In this document: piece after piece, positions 19,126 to 27,580 of the stretch
Layout of the letters: every line of letters begins with the position of its first letter
Position numbering within the stretch: position 1 is the first letter of the stretch
Origin: an uncultured Acidimicrobiales bacterium
GTDB taxonomy: Bacteria; Actinomycetota; Acidimicrobiia; Acidimicrobiales; SZUA-35
NCBI GenBank assembly: GCA_937981915.1
Contig: CALJMD010000121.1
Location: 1-60,795 of the forward strand
DNA length: 60,795 nucleotides
Direction: 5' to 3'
Program-made: the position numbers and the translations under genes
The notes under the pieces: model-generated
Told to the model about the DNA's origin: nothing
The model's database searches: none
The model's input: only the letters and a program-made list of their open reading frames with translations

Positions 19126-19392
19126 TCAGCGGGGGTACCGGGTCACATCGGGGCCGACGTGCTCGGTAAAGAGTTTGAGGACCTCGCCGGGCTCAGCGTG
19201 TCGACCGGTCTCACCTTTGCTGTAGATCATCTCGCCGTCGACGGTGACGTCAAATACGCCCTTGCCGCCGGTAATCAGCTTCAAGCTCTCGATGGTGTTC
19301 TGGTAGTTGTGGAGAAGATCATTCGTCACGCTCACGGCGTGCTCGGAATAGTCTCAAGGTACGCAGTATGTGATTTCAATCTGGTAGCTCAT
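19126..19392 (-). CDS. SelW-like (Rdx family) thiol-oxidoreductase; predicted selenoprotein with UGA (19356..19354) decoded as Sec in a CxxU motif
   Basis: Manual translation from ATG 19392 gives MSYQIEITYCVP-[TGA]-DYSEHAVSVTNDLL...LITGGKGVFDVTVDGEMIYSKGETGRHAEPGEVLKLF...*. The ORF track reports only the part after the TGA (19126..19335). Confidence 0.7.
19321..19349 (-). promoter_or_regulatory. Candidate bacterial SECIS hairpin downstream of the in-frame UGA
   Basis: In the mRNA, counting from the UGA, +8..+36 reads AUUCCGAG-CACGC-CGUGA-GCGUG-AC-GAAU. This gives a 5-bp GC-rich upper stem, a 5-nt apical loop containing GU, an internal loop and a 4-bp lower stem. Folded by eye. Confidence 0.4.
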
Positions 19393-19517
19393 TGTGTCGT
19401 CAATACTAGCGCTGGCGGCATAGGCGTCGCTCAGGCAGATCGGTTCTAGTTTCTGCCGCCAGCGAGATGGCCACCCGATGAACCGGTGCCCTGGTGGCAC
19501 CCGCTATATTCGGACCT

Positions 19518-19946
19518 ATGAAGGCGTTGGTGATCTACGAAAGCTTGACAGGCAACACAAGGACGGCCTCCTACGAGATAGCCGGACGGTTGACTGCGGC
19601 GGGTGTCCCGACCGAGGTTTCCTCCATCAACGCCATAGATCTGCAGGCGTTGTCCGAAGCTGATGTGGTGATAGTCGGCAGCTGGACTGACGGGATCTTT
19701 TTCTTCGGCCAACGCCCTGGTCGGGCCAGCCGAATCACCAAGAAACTGCCACGCATAGATGCTAAGAAGGCAGTCGTCTTTTGTACCTACGCGCTCGATT
19801 GTGGCTCGACGTTGGAGAAGCTCGAACGCCTGGTGGGAAATGCCGGTGGCGATGTCATCGGAGGTTATTCGATCCGTCGCGACGACCTGCCCGGTGGATC
19901 TCAGGAGCTTGTGGACAGGCTACTCGGCGTACTTCAGGCCTCGTAG
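19518..19946 (+). CDS. Flavodoxin-like fold protein
   Basis: 'MKALVIYESLTGNTRTASYEIAGRL' is the FMN phosphate-binding loop pattern, followed by 'VVIVGSWTDG'. ATG 19518 is preferred over the ORF-track start at 19494. Confidence 0.8.
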   Translation: MKALVIYESLTGNTRTASYEIAGRLTAAGVPTEVSSINAIDLQALSEADVVIVGSWTDGIFFFGQRPGRASRITKKLPRIDAKKAVVFCTYALDCGSTLEKLERLVGNAGGDVIGGYSIRRDDLPGGSQELVDRLLGVLQAS

Positions 19947-19959
19947 TAGCAGTCTCGGC

Positions 19960-20964
19960 TCAGTCGAGACTCAAGAAGCTCGTGGGAGCCTCCCGCTGCT
20001 TTGATCTGTCGGCGACACGAGGCTGTTCGTCACCAGCGGACAACGCCCGCCAGAGTGCCAAATAGGACGGATACTCGATTTCCGGAACCAACCATCCGGA
20101 GTCGACGAGTTCAGCGTGAAGCTTCGGTAGATTCCGCCACGGAACACCCATGTCGACATGGTGGGCCAGGTGCCATCCCGTGTTGTACGGGGCGAGCCAG
20201 AATCGCGCAATCGCCCGTTGCCGGATGACATGAGTTGTTTCCCGTCGGTCTTTCGACTGGATCATGCCGCCGTGTTCGGCAAGGGCCCGGAGGCGGTTAG
20301 AGACCTTCCAGCCGGTCGACCAGGCCGCCATCCAAATCAGATAAAGCAGCGGGCGACCTGTGATGACACAAACGCTGAAAAGGACGACTTGGACAGCGAC
20401 AATCTGCAGAGCTTCACTTCGGCCCCTTCGCACGGCCCGGCCTAGGACCTTCAAGTTCTTGTAGGCGCTGATCCCGATGGCGTCTCGTGTCAGCTTGCGA
20501 CGCATTGACGCACGGCTGATTGGGTACCCCTGGTAGAGGCTGAGGTCGGGCTCCCGAGCACCCATCTCGTCGCGGTGATGGGCAAAGTGCGCACGCCTGT
20601 ACGCCAGCATTGCCTGGAGCGACGGATAGGCCAACAGCCACCGCCCGGCCTGGTCATTGAGTCGCGGATTGCTGAAGAGCAGTCGGTGGGAGGCCTCATG
20701 GGCCAAGATATTCAACAGCGCATGGCCGCGAAACATCAAGATGAATCCAAGCAGGTACGCCCACCAGACGTGTAGATAGCCGACTACCGCCATCAAACCG
20801 AACGTCTGAGCCAGAGCGCCGACTAATGTCAGGGTGCTTCGTACCGTGTCCAATTGCCGCAGTTCGCTGCGGACGTCGGGCCGAGGCTTGGCTGAGGCGG
20901 TCAGTCGCTCAGTAGGCAAGACGTCGGGCAGTAGGCCGCCTTGTGGAACCATGGTTGAGGCCAT
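19960..20964 (-). CDS. Membrane fatty-acid desaturase family protein
   Basis: Three His boxes ('HEASHRLL', 'HFAHHRD', 'HLAHHVD') plus hydrophobic segments. Confidence 0.88.
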   Translation of the reverse strand: MASTMVPQGGLLPDVLPTERLTASAKPRPDVRSELRQLDTVRSTLTLVGALAQTFGLMAVVGYLHVWWAYLLGFILMFRGHALLNILAHEASHRLLFSNPRLNDQAGRWLLAYPSLQAMLAYRRAHFAHHRDEMGAREPDLSLYQGYPISRASMRRKLTRDAIGISAYKNLKVLGRAVRRGRSEALQIVAVQVVLFSVCVITGRPLLYLIWMAAWSTGWKVSNRLRALAEHGGMIQSKDRRETTHVIRQRAIARFWLAPYNTGWHLAHHVDMGVPWRNLPKLHAELVDSGWLVPEIEYPSYLALWRALSAGDEQPRVADRSKQREAPTSFLSLD

Positions 20965-21014
20965 TGGACCACTGTAGTTGGGGTAGCGGGGGGACCTGAA
21001 AGCGGGCGTTCAGG

Positions 21015-22502
21015 TCAGTCCAAGGGTGGGCGGGCAAAACCGCCAGTGGCTTGTTCGATCAGCTCGGCAACAGCAAGGCAGGTCAAGTCTTCCAAGTACG
21101 GGCCCACCACTTGAATTCCAATCGGCAGACCGGTTGAGTGCAATCCGACGGGTACGGCCGTGCTTGGGAGATACACCACACCAAACAACCCCATCCATTT
21201 GAGCTGATCGGTATACGGGCGCTGCTCACCGGCAACCTCGATCACCCGATCGCTCATCGGGTGGCCGTGGTCGTGAGGTATGGCGACAGTGGGTGAGACG
21301 GGTGCCAAAAGCACATCCCACTTCTCGAAGAAACGAAGCCAGCTTTGCCGCATCTGAAGTCGACGTTCATTGCGAGACAGCCATTGGCGGTGTCGAAGCG
21401 CAGCGCCCTTGACGCCGAGGCCGCCTGACACCGGGTCCCCTTTGGCCAACGCGTCGGCCATCTCCTCGAGCTCGGCCGGCGACCAACTCCCCGATAAGGC
21501 CGCGCCCAGTAGATCATCGAAGGTCGAGTCAGCTTTGGCGAAGTCGAAACCGTCGGGACGAGCTGTTGGGTCGACGTGGGCGCCGGTCCATTCCAACGCT
21601 TCTGCGGTGCTGAGCACGGCGCCTGATATCTCGGGATCTACGGGGCAATATTCGTCGTCGGCCCAGACTGCGATCCGGAGCGGACGATCGGAGCTGGGCC
21701 GCGGGTCCGGTAGACGAAGCGACCACGCCGGTGACTCCCAAGCATTCGGCCCGACCAATAGCTCAAGCGCCTGGCGACAGTCACGAACGGTTCTCGCCAT
21801 CGGGCCTACCACTGCGATGTCCCCTAGGGTCAGGGTGCCTGGCGGCCCCGGAATCTGGCCTCGGCCGGAGACGATTCCATGGCTCGGCTTGTGGCCGACG
21901 ACTCCACACATTGCCGCCGGGTTGCGGATCGATCCGGCGATGTCGCTTCCCATCTCCAATGGCGAGAAACCGGCCGCTAACGCCCCCGCCGACCCACCCG
22001 AGGAGCCGCCGACGCTCTTGGTGACATCCCATGGGTTGTTGGACGCCCCGTGGACCTCGTTGAAGGTCTGAACGTCTCCCGCATAGCGGGGGAGGTTTGT
22101 CTTGCCAAACACAATCGCGCCGGCCGCCTTGAGGCGGTTGACGACATCGGCGTCCCGGTCCGGCATGTAGTCGACCAGTTCAGAGGCGCCCGACGTTGTT
22201 GGCATGCCGGTCACCATGAACGAGTCCTTGACGGTCATCGACAGTCCTGCCAGCGGCATTTTGTCATCGTCCACGTGACCGCTTGCCCGGGCCTCGTCAA
22301 TCGCTTTGGCTTGCTGTCGGGCCGACTCAACGTCTTGGGCGACGACCAGGTTAAGACCCGGGTCTAACCTGTCGACTCGATCGACGGCTAGGTCCAAGAG
22401 CTCCCTGGCCGAAATCCGACCAGAGCGAAGTTCGCCCAGTTGCTGCTTGGCGGGAGCGTAGAGTAGGGACGTCTCATCCACGGGCTTGCTATTCCTCTCC
22501 AT
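21015..22502 (-). CDS. Amidase (amidase-signature family)
   Basis: The AS signature 'GGSSGGSAGALAAG' with 'SMTVKDSF' and 'GSDIAGSIRNPA' (Ser-cisSer-Lys context). Confidence 0.9.
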   Translation of the reverse strand: MERNSKPVDETSLLYAPAKQQLGELRSGRISARELLDLAVDRVDRLDPGLNLVVAQDVESARQQAKAIDEARASGHVDDDKMPLAGLSMTVKDSFMVTGMPTTSGASELVDYMPDRDADVVNRLKAAGAIVFGKTNLPRYAGDVQTFNEVHGASNNPWDVTKSVGGSSGGSAGALAAGFSPLEMGSDIAGSIRNPAAMCGVVGHKPSHGIVSGRGQIPGPPGTLTLGDIAVVGPMARTVRDCRQALELLVGPNAWESPAWSLRLPDPRPSSDRPLRIAVWADDEYCPVDPEISGAVLSTAEALEWTGAHVDPTARPDGFDFAKADSTFDDLLGAALSGSWSPAELEEMADALAKGDPVSGGLGVKGAALRHRQWLSRNERRLQMRQSWLRFFEKWDVLLAPVSPTVAIPHDHGHPMSDRVIEVAGEQRPYTDQLKWMGLFGVVYLPSTAVPVGLHSTGLPIGIQVVGPYLEDLTCLAVAELIEQATGGFARPPLD

Positions 22503-22739
22503 TCAGGACCGAACCTGAACAGTACCACCGGCCTTGGCTGACCTCGTGTGTCGGGAGACGCCCGACCGGATCGCCCCGCAAGTACCAGATTTGCCCAAAT
22601 TCGACATGAGGTCCGCGCTTGCAACCGGCCCCAAGCCTACGCTGGAAGGCAGCCTGAATTGGTGGCATTGAGGGCTACGGCACCTGTATCTCGCCGCCGG
22701 CGGGCCGTAGTGGCCGACCTGTCATCTTGGAGGAGACAA

Positions 22740-23057
22740 ATGTCCAGCGGAGTGCGGAGGAAAATGTCGGTCCTAGTCGGATCGGCCTTGGCGGTGGCGC
22801 TTCTGGCTGGTTGTGCCGATCGCCCATCGTCGGATGCGTTGACCGATTCGATTCTCCGGGCCAGCGCGTCGCAGGCCATCGACCTGACCAACGACCAAGC
22901 AGAGTGCATTGCTGACGCGTTGCTTGAGAGCGAACTGAACGACGTGACAGTGACTGGGCTGGCAGAGAATTTCGATCAGCCACAGGTCGCAGCCGCCGAC
23001 GCTGATGATGTCGAAGCGATCGTGGCCAACGCCGCGGTCAGCTGCTCCGGCAACTAG
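22740..23057 (+). CDS. Small putative lipoprotein
   Basis: ATG 22740 follows GGAGGAG. It has a signal peptide with the lipobox 'LLAGC'. The ORF-track N-terminal extension from 22548 has no support. Confidence 0.6.
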   Translation: MSSGVRRKMSVLVGSALAVALLAGCADRPSSDALTDSILRASASQAIDLTNDQAECIADALLESELNDVTVTGLAENFDQPQVAAADADDVEAIVANAAVSCSGN

Positions 23058-23075
23058 CTACGTAACGCTCCGGCT

Positions 23076-24026
23076 ATGGTCAACCGCCCTGTAGGTGAAT
23101 CAGTTGTGCGAGTCACCGGCGAGGTTTCATCTGCCCTCGAAGCTGACGGTGCGATCGTTGCTCTTGAGAGCACGATCTTTTCCAACCTGGGACTTCCGTC
23201 TCCGTTCAACACCCAAGCCCTCACCCGTGTGATGAAGGCAGTGCGGGCGGACGGTGCAGTCCCCGCTTTAACCGCCGTGTTGGACGGTGAGGTGTGGTGC
23301 GGGGTACCGGAATCGGTTCACACAACGATCTGTGGTCCGGCCGAGAAAGTCGCCTTTCGTGACATTGCTCCCGCTGTTGCCCGTTCCTCGGTCTACGGCG
23401 CAACCACCGTTTCAGCATCCGTTGCGGTGGCAGCCGCCGCCGGAGTCGAGGTTTTCGCCACCGGTGGAATTGGTGGCGTACACCGGCATTGGGCTCATTC
23501 GCTCGATGTAAGCGCCGACCTGACGGCACTAGCGAACCATCAAGTAATCACCGTGTCAGCTGGAGCCAAATCGTTTCTTGACCTGGCGGCCACCGTTGAG
23601 CAACTCGAAACGTTGAGTGTTCCCGTGGTCGGGTGGCGAACCGAGGAGTTTCCAGCGTTCTACGCTCGATCAAGTGGGCTGCCACTCGGGGTCGTTGCTC
23701 AATCGGCGGCCGAGGTAGCAGCGATGGCGAGAGTGCATTGGAGCCTTGGTGGGGGAGGGCTCCTGGTTGTAAACCCGGTTCCGGACGATCACGCGATTGA
23801 ACTTGCCGAGTTGGACCAGTGGACGGCCGAAGCCCTTCACATGGAGGGCTTGGAGCCCGGAGCCGAACCGAACCTGGAAACGGCCGGGCCGACTGTCACC
23901 CCGCGGGTTCTGGCCCGCCTGGTCGAACTGAGCGGGGGCCGAACCCTGCAGGCCAACCTTGCTCTGGCCGAATCGAATGCAACGGTCGCAGCTGAAATAG
24001 CAGTGGCTCTAGCGGCGACTCGTTAG
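23076..24026 (+). CDS. psuG: Pseudouridine-5'-phosphate glycosidase
   Basis: 'IVALESTIFSNLGLPSPFN', 'TVSASVAVAAAAGVEVFATGGIGGVHR' and 'DVSADLTALA' match PsuG/IndA family motifs. Confidence 0.85.
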   Translation: MVNRPVGESVVRVTGEVSSALEADGAIVALESTIFSNLGLPSPFNTQALTRVMKAVRADGAVPALTAVLDGEVWCGVPESVHTTICGPAEKVAFRDIAPAVARSSVYGATTVSASVAVAAAAGVEVFATGGIGGVHRHWAHSLDVSADLTALANHQVITVSAGAKSFLDLAATVEQLETLSVPVVGWRTEEFPAFYARSSGLPLGVVAQSAAEVAAMARVHWSLGGGGLLVVNPVPDDHAIELAELDQWTAEALHMEGLEPGAEPNLETAGPTVTPRVLARLVELSGGRTLQANLALAESNATVAAEIAVALAATR

Positions 24027-24035
24027 CGTCGCACG

Positions 24036-24839
24036 CTAGTTTTTGGCCTGACAGCTCGGGCACCACCAGATATTGCGATCGTCGATTTTGGCGGTGCGAA
24101 TAGTGTCGCTGCAGACTCGACAGGGTTCTCCGTGCCGCTTGTAGGCGTAGAGCCGCTCATCGCGGACTAGCCGTGACCGGCTGGTCTTGCCGACAACGGC
24201 CGGATCTACGGTCACAATACGTCCAGACCGCTCGTCGCTTCGAAGCTGACTGACTGACAGATCCCACAGTTTGGCGATGTCGTCGCTCGACACGACATTG
24301 GCGGGAACAAACGGGTCGAGACCGGCGAGGAACAGCAACTCTGAGCGGTAGATGTTGCCGAGCCCGGCGATGGCTCGCTGGTCGAGCAACGCACGGCCTA
24401 CCGGCACCGTTCGTCTGCCGAGGGCAGACGCCATCTGAGAAGCGCCGTCGACGGGGCGACATAGCGGATCTGGGCCGAGGCGGCGCAACACGTTGTCGAC
24501 ATCGTCGGGTTCGAGGAGACGACACGTAGTCGGTCCGGCAAGATGAACTCGGTCGGTGTCGGAACTGAGCAGCAGCCGAGCGTTAGCGGACGGTTCAGGG
24601 AACGGAAGTTGTTGATGTCGGAACTTGCCGAACAAACCTAGGTGGACATGTATGGTGAGGTCGTTTTCGAAGCGGTAGAAGAGATGTTTGCCTCTGGCTT
24701 CGATTGTGATGAGCCGTTGTCGGTCGACAGCCTCCGCTCCAGTGGTAAAGCGTCCCTGAGGAGACTCGGCTCGAAGCGGATGATCGACGAGCTTGGTTGA
24801 CTGGAGGCGGGCTTCGCGATGAAGAACGTGGCCTTCAGG
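24036..24839 (-). CDS. nei: Fpg/Nei-family DNA glycosylase/AP lyase (endonuclease VIII-like)
   Basis: N-terminal 'MPEGHVLHR', H2TH 'LDQRAIAGLGNIYRSELLF' and a C-terminal zinc finger 'CRVCSDTI...WWCPSCQ'. The start at ATG 24839 overlaps the MOSC gene stop. Confidence 0.88.
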   Translation of the reverse strand, partial: PEGHVLHREARLQSTKLVDHPLRAESPQGRFTTGAEAVDRQRLITIEARGKHLFYRFENDLTIHVHLGLFGKFRHQQLPFPEPSANARLLLSSDTDRVHLAGPTTCRLLEPDDVDNVLRRLGPDPLCRPVDGASQMASALGRRTVPVGRALLDQRAIAGLGNIYRSELLFLAGLDPFVPANVVSSDDIAKLWDLSVSQLRSDERSGRIVTVDPAVVGKTSRSRLVRDERLYAYKRHGEPCRVCSDTIRTAKIDDRNIWWCPSCQAKN

Positions 24840-25605
24840 CATCCTGACTACGTTCGTTGTCCTGACCAGGGCCGGCGACGGTGTCACCGCTTCGAATCGT
24901 GCCGCCGGTCTCGACCAACGCTCCGATTCCCAAGAAGCCGTCCCGTTCGTTGTTGATCGTTTTCAGCACATTGAGATCTCGCTCCAGGGGCGGTTCGTTG
25001 AGCACCCCCGGCTGAGGCCGCGTGACCATCACACAGCGGTCGATCTGTTTCTTCACCTGGAGTCGTACCGCCGAGCCCACGGTGATTTCGCTGCCAACCA
25101 AGGCGTCTTCACTGGTTCCGTCAGTGATGATGTTTATACGGAACCGTCTACGATCCCATGCCCCGAGGGTGTCCATCGACAGCAGCGAGACCTTCGTCCG
25201 CGCCGAATCGTGGAACGAGCCGGTGGGCCCGGTCCAAGTGAACCAGTCCCCGGTCTCCGTTAGGTCGGCTTGCGTTTCGAACGTCCCGGCTGTGTTAGGG
25301 GAGGCACGGCGCAATTCAACGTCGATGCCAAGCCAGCGAGACAGCGACTCGTCGTCGCCCACCTCGGTTCCGTCGGGCAGGGTTACCAGCACGGTGTCAC
25401 CGTCGATCATGGCGGCTTGCGCAGTCAGCAACTCCGGCCGCTTGCGAGCGGTGAGGCTACGTCCGGACGCGGTTTCGACCAGTGACCAGCGTCGGTCGCC
25501 CTCGATACCGTCTGCGCCTACGACGGCGCTATCGAGGCGCTCACCCAGCAGTGATTTGACCGGATATCGCCAGATCTCAACGACGTTGCCGTGGGTTTCC
25601 ATCAC
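24835..25605 (-). CDS. MOSC domain-containing protein
   Basis: The N-terminal beta-barrel 'IWRYPVKSLLGERL' and a C-terminal MOSC-like region ('RFRINIIT', 'CVMVT'). Confidence 0.8.
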   Translation of the reverse strand: MMETHGNVVEIWRYPVKSLLGERLDSAVVGADGIEGDRRWSLVETASGRSLTARKRPELLTAQAAMIDGDTVLVTLPDGTEVGDDESLSRWLGIDVELRRASPNTAGTFETQADLTETGDWFTWTGPTGSFHDSARTKVSLLSMDTLGAWDRRRFRINIITDGTSEDALVGSEITVGSAVRLQVKKQIDRCVMVTRPQPGVLNEPPLERDLNVLKTINNERDGFLGIGALVETGGTIRSGDTVAGPGQDNERSQDA

Positions 25606-25614
25606 CGGGAGGCC

Positions 25615-26553
25615 TTAGAGGTCGCCAACCGAGAAGGTGTCGCACTGTTCAGGATCACCGCCGTCGAAGCCAACCCGGAACCAGCGGATTCGTTGCTCGG
25701 ATGATCCATGGGTCCATGTGTGCGGATCGACGGTCATCCCTGCCTGGGCCTGGATGCGATCGTCGCCAACGGCGGCAGCGGCTTCCATGCCTTCGCTGAT
25801 ATCTCCGGGCTCGATGATCGGCTGGCCGGACTCTTCGGTGAGGCGCAGGTTGGCCGAGTAGGCCCATACACCGGCGAGACAGTCGGCTTGTAGCTCCTGG
25901 CGTACGGAGTACTCGTTCTTGTTGGCCGGATCCTGAGCTTGAGCTTGGCGGACCTGGTCGCTGATGCCGGTGATCGACTGAATGTGGTGGCCGACCTCGT
26001 GCGCAATAACATAAGCCTGGGCGAAGTCGCCAGGGGCGCCAAACCGACTGGATAACTCGGTGTAGAACGTGAAGTCGACGTATACCTTCTGATCGTTCGG
26101 CGCCGGGCAGTAGAACGGACCAACGGCGGATGTGGCCTGGCCGCACCCGGTGGATACGACGTCGTCGAAGATGACCAGCTTCGTCGGCTGATACGCAAGC
26201 CCGGCTTGGTCGAAGTAACCGTCCCAGGTGTCTTGGATGTCAAACATGAGGAACTTCATGAATTCCTTCGTGTCGGCGTCGGGGTCGACAATCTCGGAAC
26301 CACCGGTGGGTATTTGCCCGCTCGACTCGCCGAAACCGGCATCGACTGGTTGCCCCAGCCCGCCGCCGCCACCGGCGAGGTCCAGTCCGAAGATGGCACC
26401 GAGCAAGATAATCAGCAATCCGCCGATGCCGCCCACTGCGGCTCCGCCGCGTCGTTGGCCACCGCCGAGTCCGCCTCGACCACGCCTTCCGTCGCGACGG
26501 TCCTCAACGTATCGAGAACCCTTATCTGCAGTGCTTTTGTCGTATCGAACCAT
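25615..26553 (-). CDS. YpfJ-like neutral zinc metallopeptidase (membrane-anchored)
   Basis: 'RYVEDRR' near the N-terminus, a Gly-rich TM segment and 'YVIAHEVGHHIQ' (HExxH). ATG 26553 follows AGGAGG and is preferred to 26583. Confidence 0.85.
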   Translation of the reverse strand: MVRYDKSTADKGSRYVEDRRDGRRGRGGLGGGQRRGGAAVGGIGGLLIILLGAIFGLDLAGGGGGLGQPVDAGFGESSGQIPTGGSEIVDPDADTKEFMKFLMFDIQDTWDGYFDQAGLAYQPTKLVIFDDVVSTGCGQATSAVGPFYCPAPNDQKVYVDFTFYTELSSRFGAPGDFAQAYVIAHEVGHHIQSITGISDQVRQAQAQDPANKNEYSVRQELQADCLAGVWAYSANLRLTEESGQPIIEPGDISEGMEAAAAVGDDRIQAQAGMTVDPHTWTHGSSEQRIRWFRVGFDGGDPEQCDTFSVGDL

Positions 26554-26669
26554 GACACGCCTCCTGTCGCCCGACATGGCCACAACAGTCCTTCACCTAC
26601 GAAGGTTCGGTGGCCGTTATCTCGGATACAGCTTAACGGAAGAGAGCCCGCTACCCGGTGGTAACGGCG

Positions 26670-27554
26670 CTATCCGGCCAGCGGGCGGCCGAACGGAAGA
26701 GTCTCCTGCCAGGTGGCCAAGAATGCCTCAGCTTTGCGGCTTGCGGCCAAGAAAATCGGCTCATCGGCCGACGTCGCAGACGCCGCCGATTCGTCGAGTG
26801 CCGACGTCACCGTTTCTGACAGCTCAACACCGGATGGCGCATTGCTCAAGCCTGCTAGCAGCGGGCCGGAGGCGGCGACGAAGTCCGGGACGTACACGAT
26901 CCCATTCTTGATCATGACGGCTAGGGCTTTGGTTGTCACCGGGGTAGGGGCCCACGGGATCACCGCTTTGGCCTTCAACATCTCAGCGCCCTGGTGAGTC
27001 ATCGCCCCCGGCTTCGAGCCGACGACAACAGCGTCAGCATCGGCACCCCAGATGAGCCATGGCTTCTCTGCCACACCGTCTACGGTCAACAATTCGGCAC
27101 CCTCATCTGCCAGGCGCTGCAGCAGCGGCTCTGGGGCCACCGCCGGTCCGCCTTCGACTATGAGACGTCGGCCGTCAAGAGACCCGCCTAGCGCCCATTT
27201 GGCGGCGGTAGTGACTGTTGTCGCCAACGCCTGCTCATGGTTTTGGGCATCCGACGCACGGCGGACGCCTTTGCCGTCCAAGAGGGCCAGAGCCCCGCTT
27301 TCGACGTCGGATGAGAGCTCAGCGCGGAAGGACGCAATTGCCTCTTCGGCGCCTTCGTCAACGGCGTTTACGCCGGCCGAAGCGCCACCGCGTTCAATGC
27401 TGAATGCGGCGAAGGTGTAGGTGGCTGAGCGAGTCAGATCCCAGGTACTGCTCTGCAGAATCTTGCGTCCTCTACGCACATAGCCCGATGCCGGGACGTC
27501 AGCGAAGTCGGTGAGAACAAAAGCGTCTACCGTCTCCAGCTTGCGTACCGGCAT
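26670..27554 (-). CDS. Short, divergent Glu/Leu/Phe/Val dehydrogenase-like protein (catalytic Lys apparently absent)
   Basis: 'ERGGASAGVNA' aligns with the GG(A/G)KGG loop, and the C-terminal 'IPWAPTPVTTKALAVMIKNGIVYVPDFVAASG' resembles the 'ANGP.T..A...L...GI...PD...NAGG' region. Confidence 0.45.
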   Translation of the reverse strand: MPVRKLETVDAFVLTDFADVPASGYVRRGRKILQSSTWDLTRSATYTFAAFSIERGGASAGVNAVDEGAEEAIASFRAELSSDVESGALALLDGKGVRRASDAQNHEQALATTVTTAAKWALGGSLDGRRLIVEGGPAVAPEPLLQRLADEGAELLTVDGVAEKPWLIWGADADAVVVGSKPGAMTHQGAEMLKAKAVIPWAPTPVTTKALAVMIKNGIVYVPDFVAASGPLLAGLSNAPSGVELSETVTSALDESAASATSADEPIFLAASRKAEAFLATWQETLPFGRPLAG

Positions 27555-27580
27555 CGGACTAAGCGTAGATCAGAACTGGT

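Noticed and set aside
19143-19148. The possibility that ATG-TGA at the head of the TrmH frame reflects genome-wide UGA reassignment (genetic code 4 or 25)
   Set aside because: Many well-supported genes in this window terminate at TGA at the expected protein length (for example cvnA, cvnB and the SelW-like gene itself). UGA is therefore a normal stop here, apart from the single SECIS-associated site.
21370-22071. 233-aa plus-strand ORF antisense to the amidase gene. Similar long antisense ORFs occur at 5346..5900, 8457..8864, 25022..25618, 28025..28705, 40868..41500, 47108..47698, 51089..51724, 55874..56500 and 60156..60758.
   Set aside because: - They are Ser/Pro/Arg/Ala-rich translations with no recognisable motifs.
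- Each lies entirely opposite a gene with strong family signatures.
- Long open shadow frames are expected in high-GC DNA.
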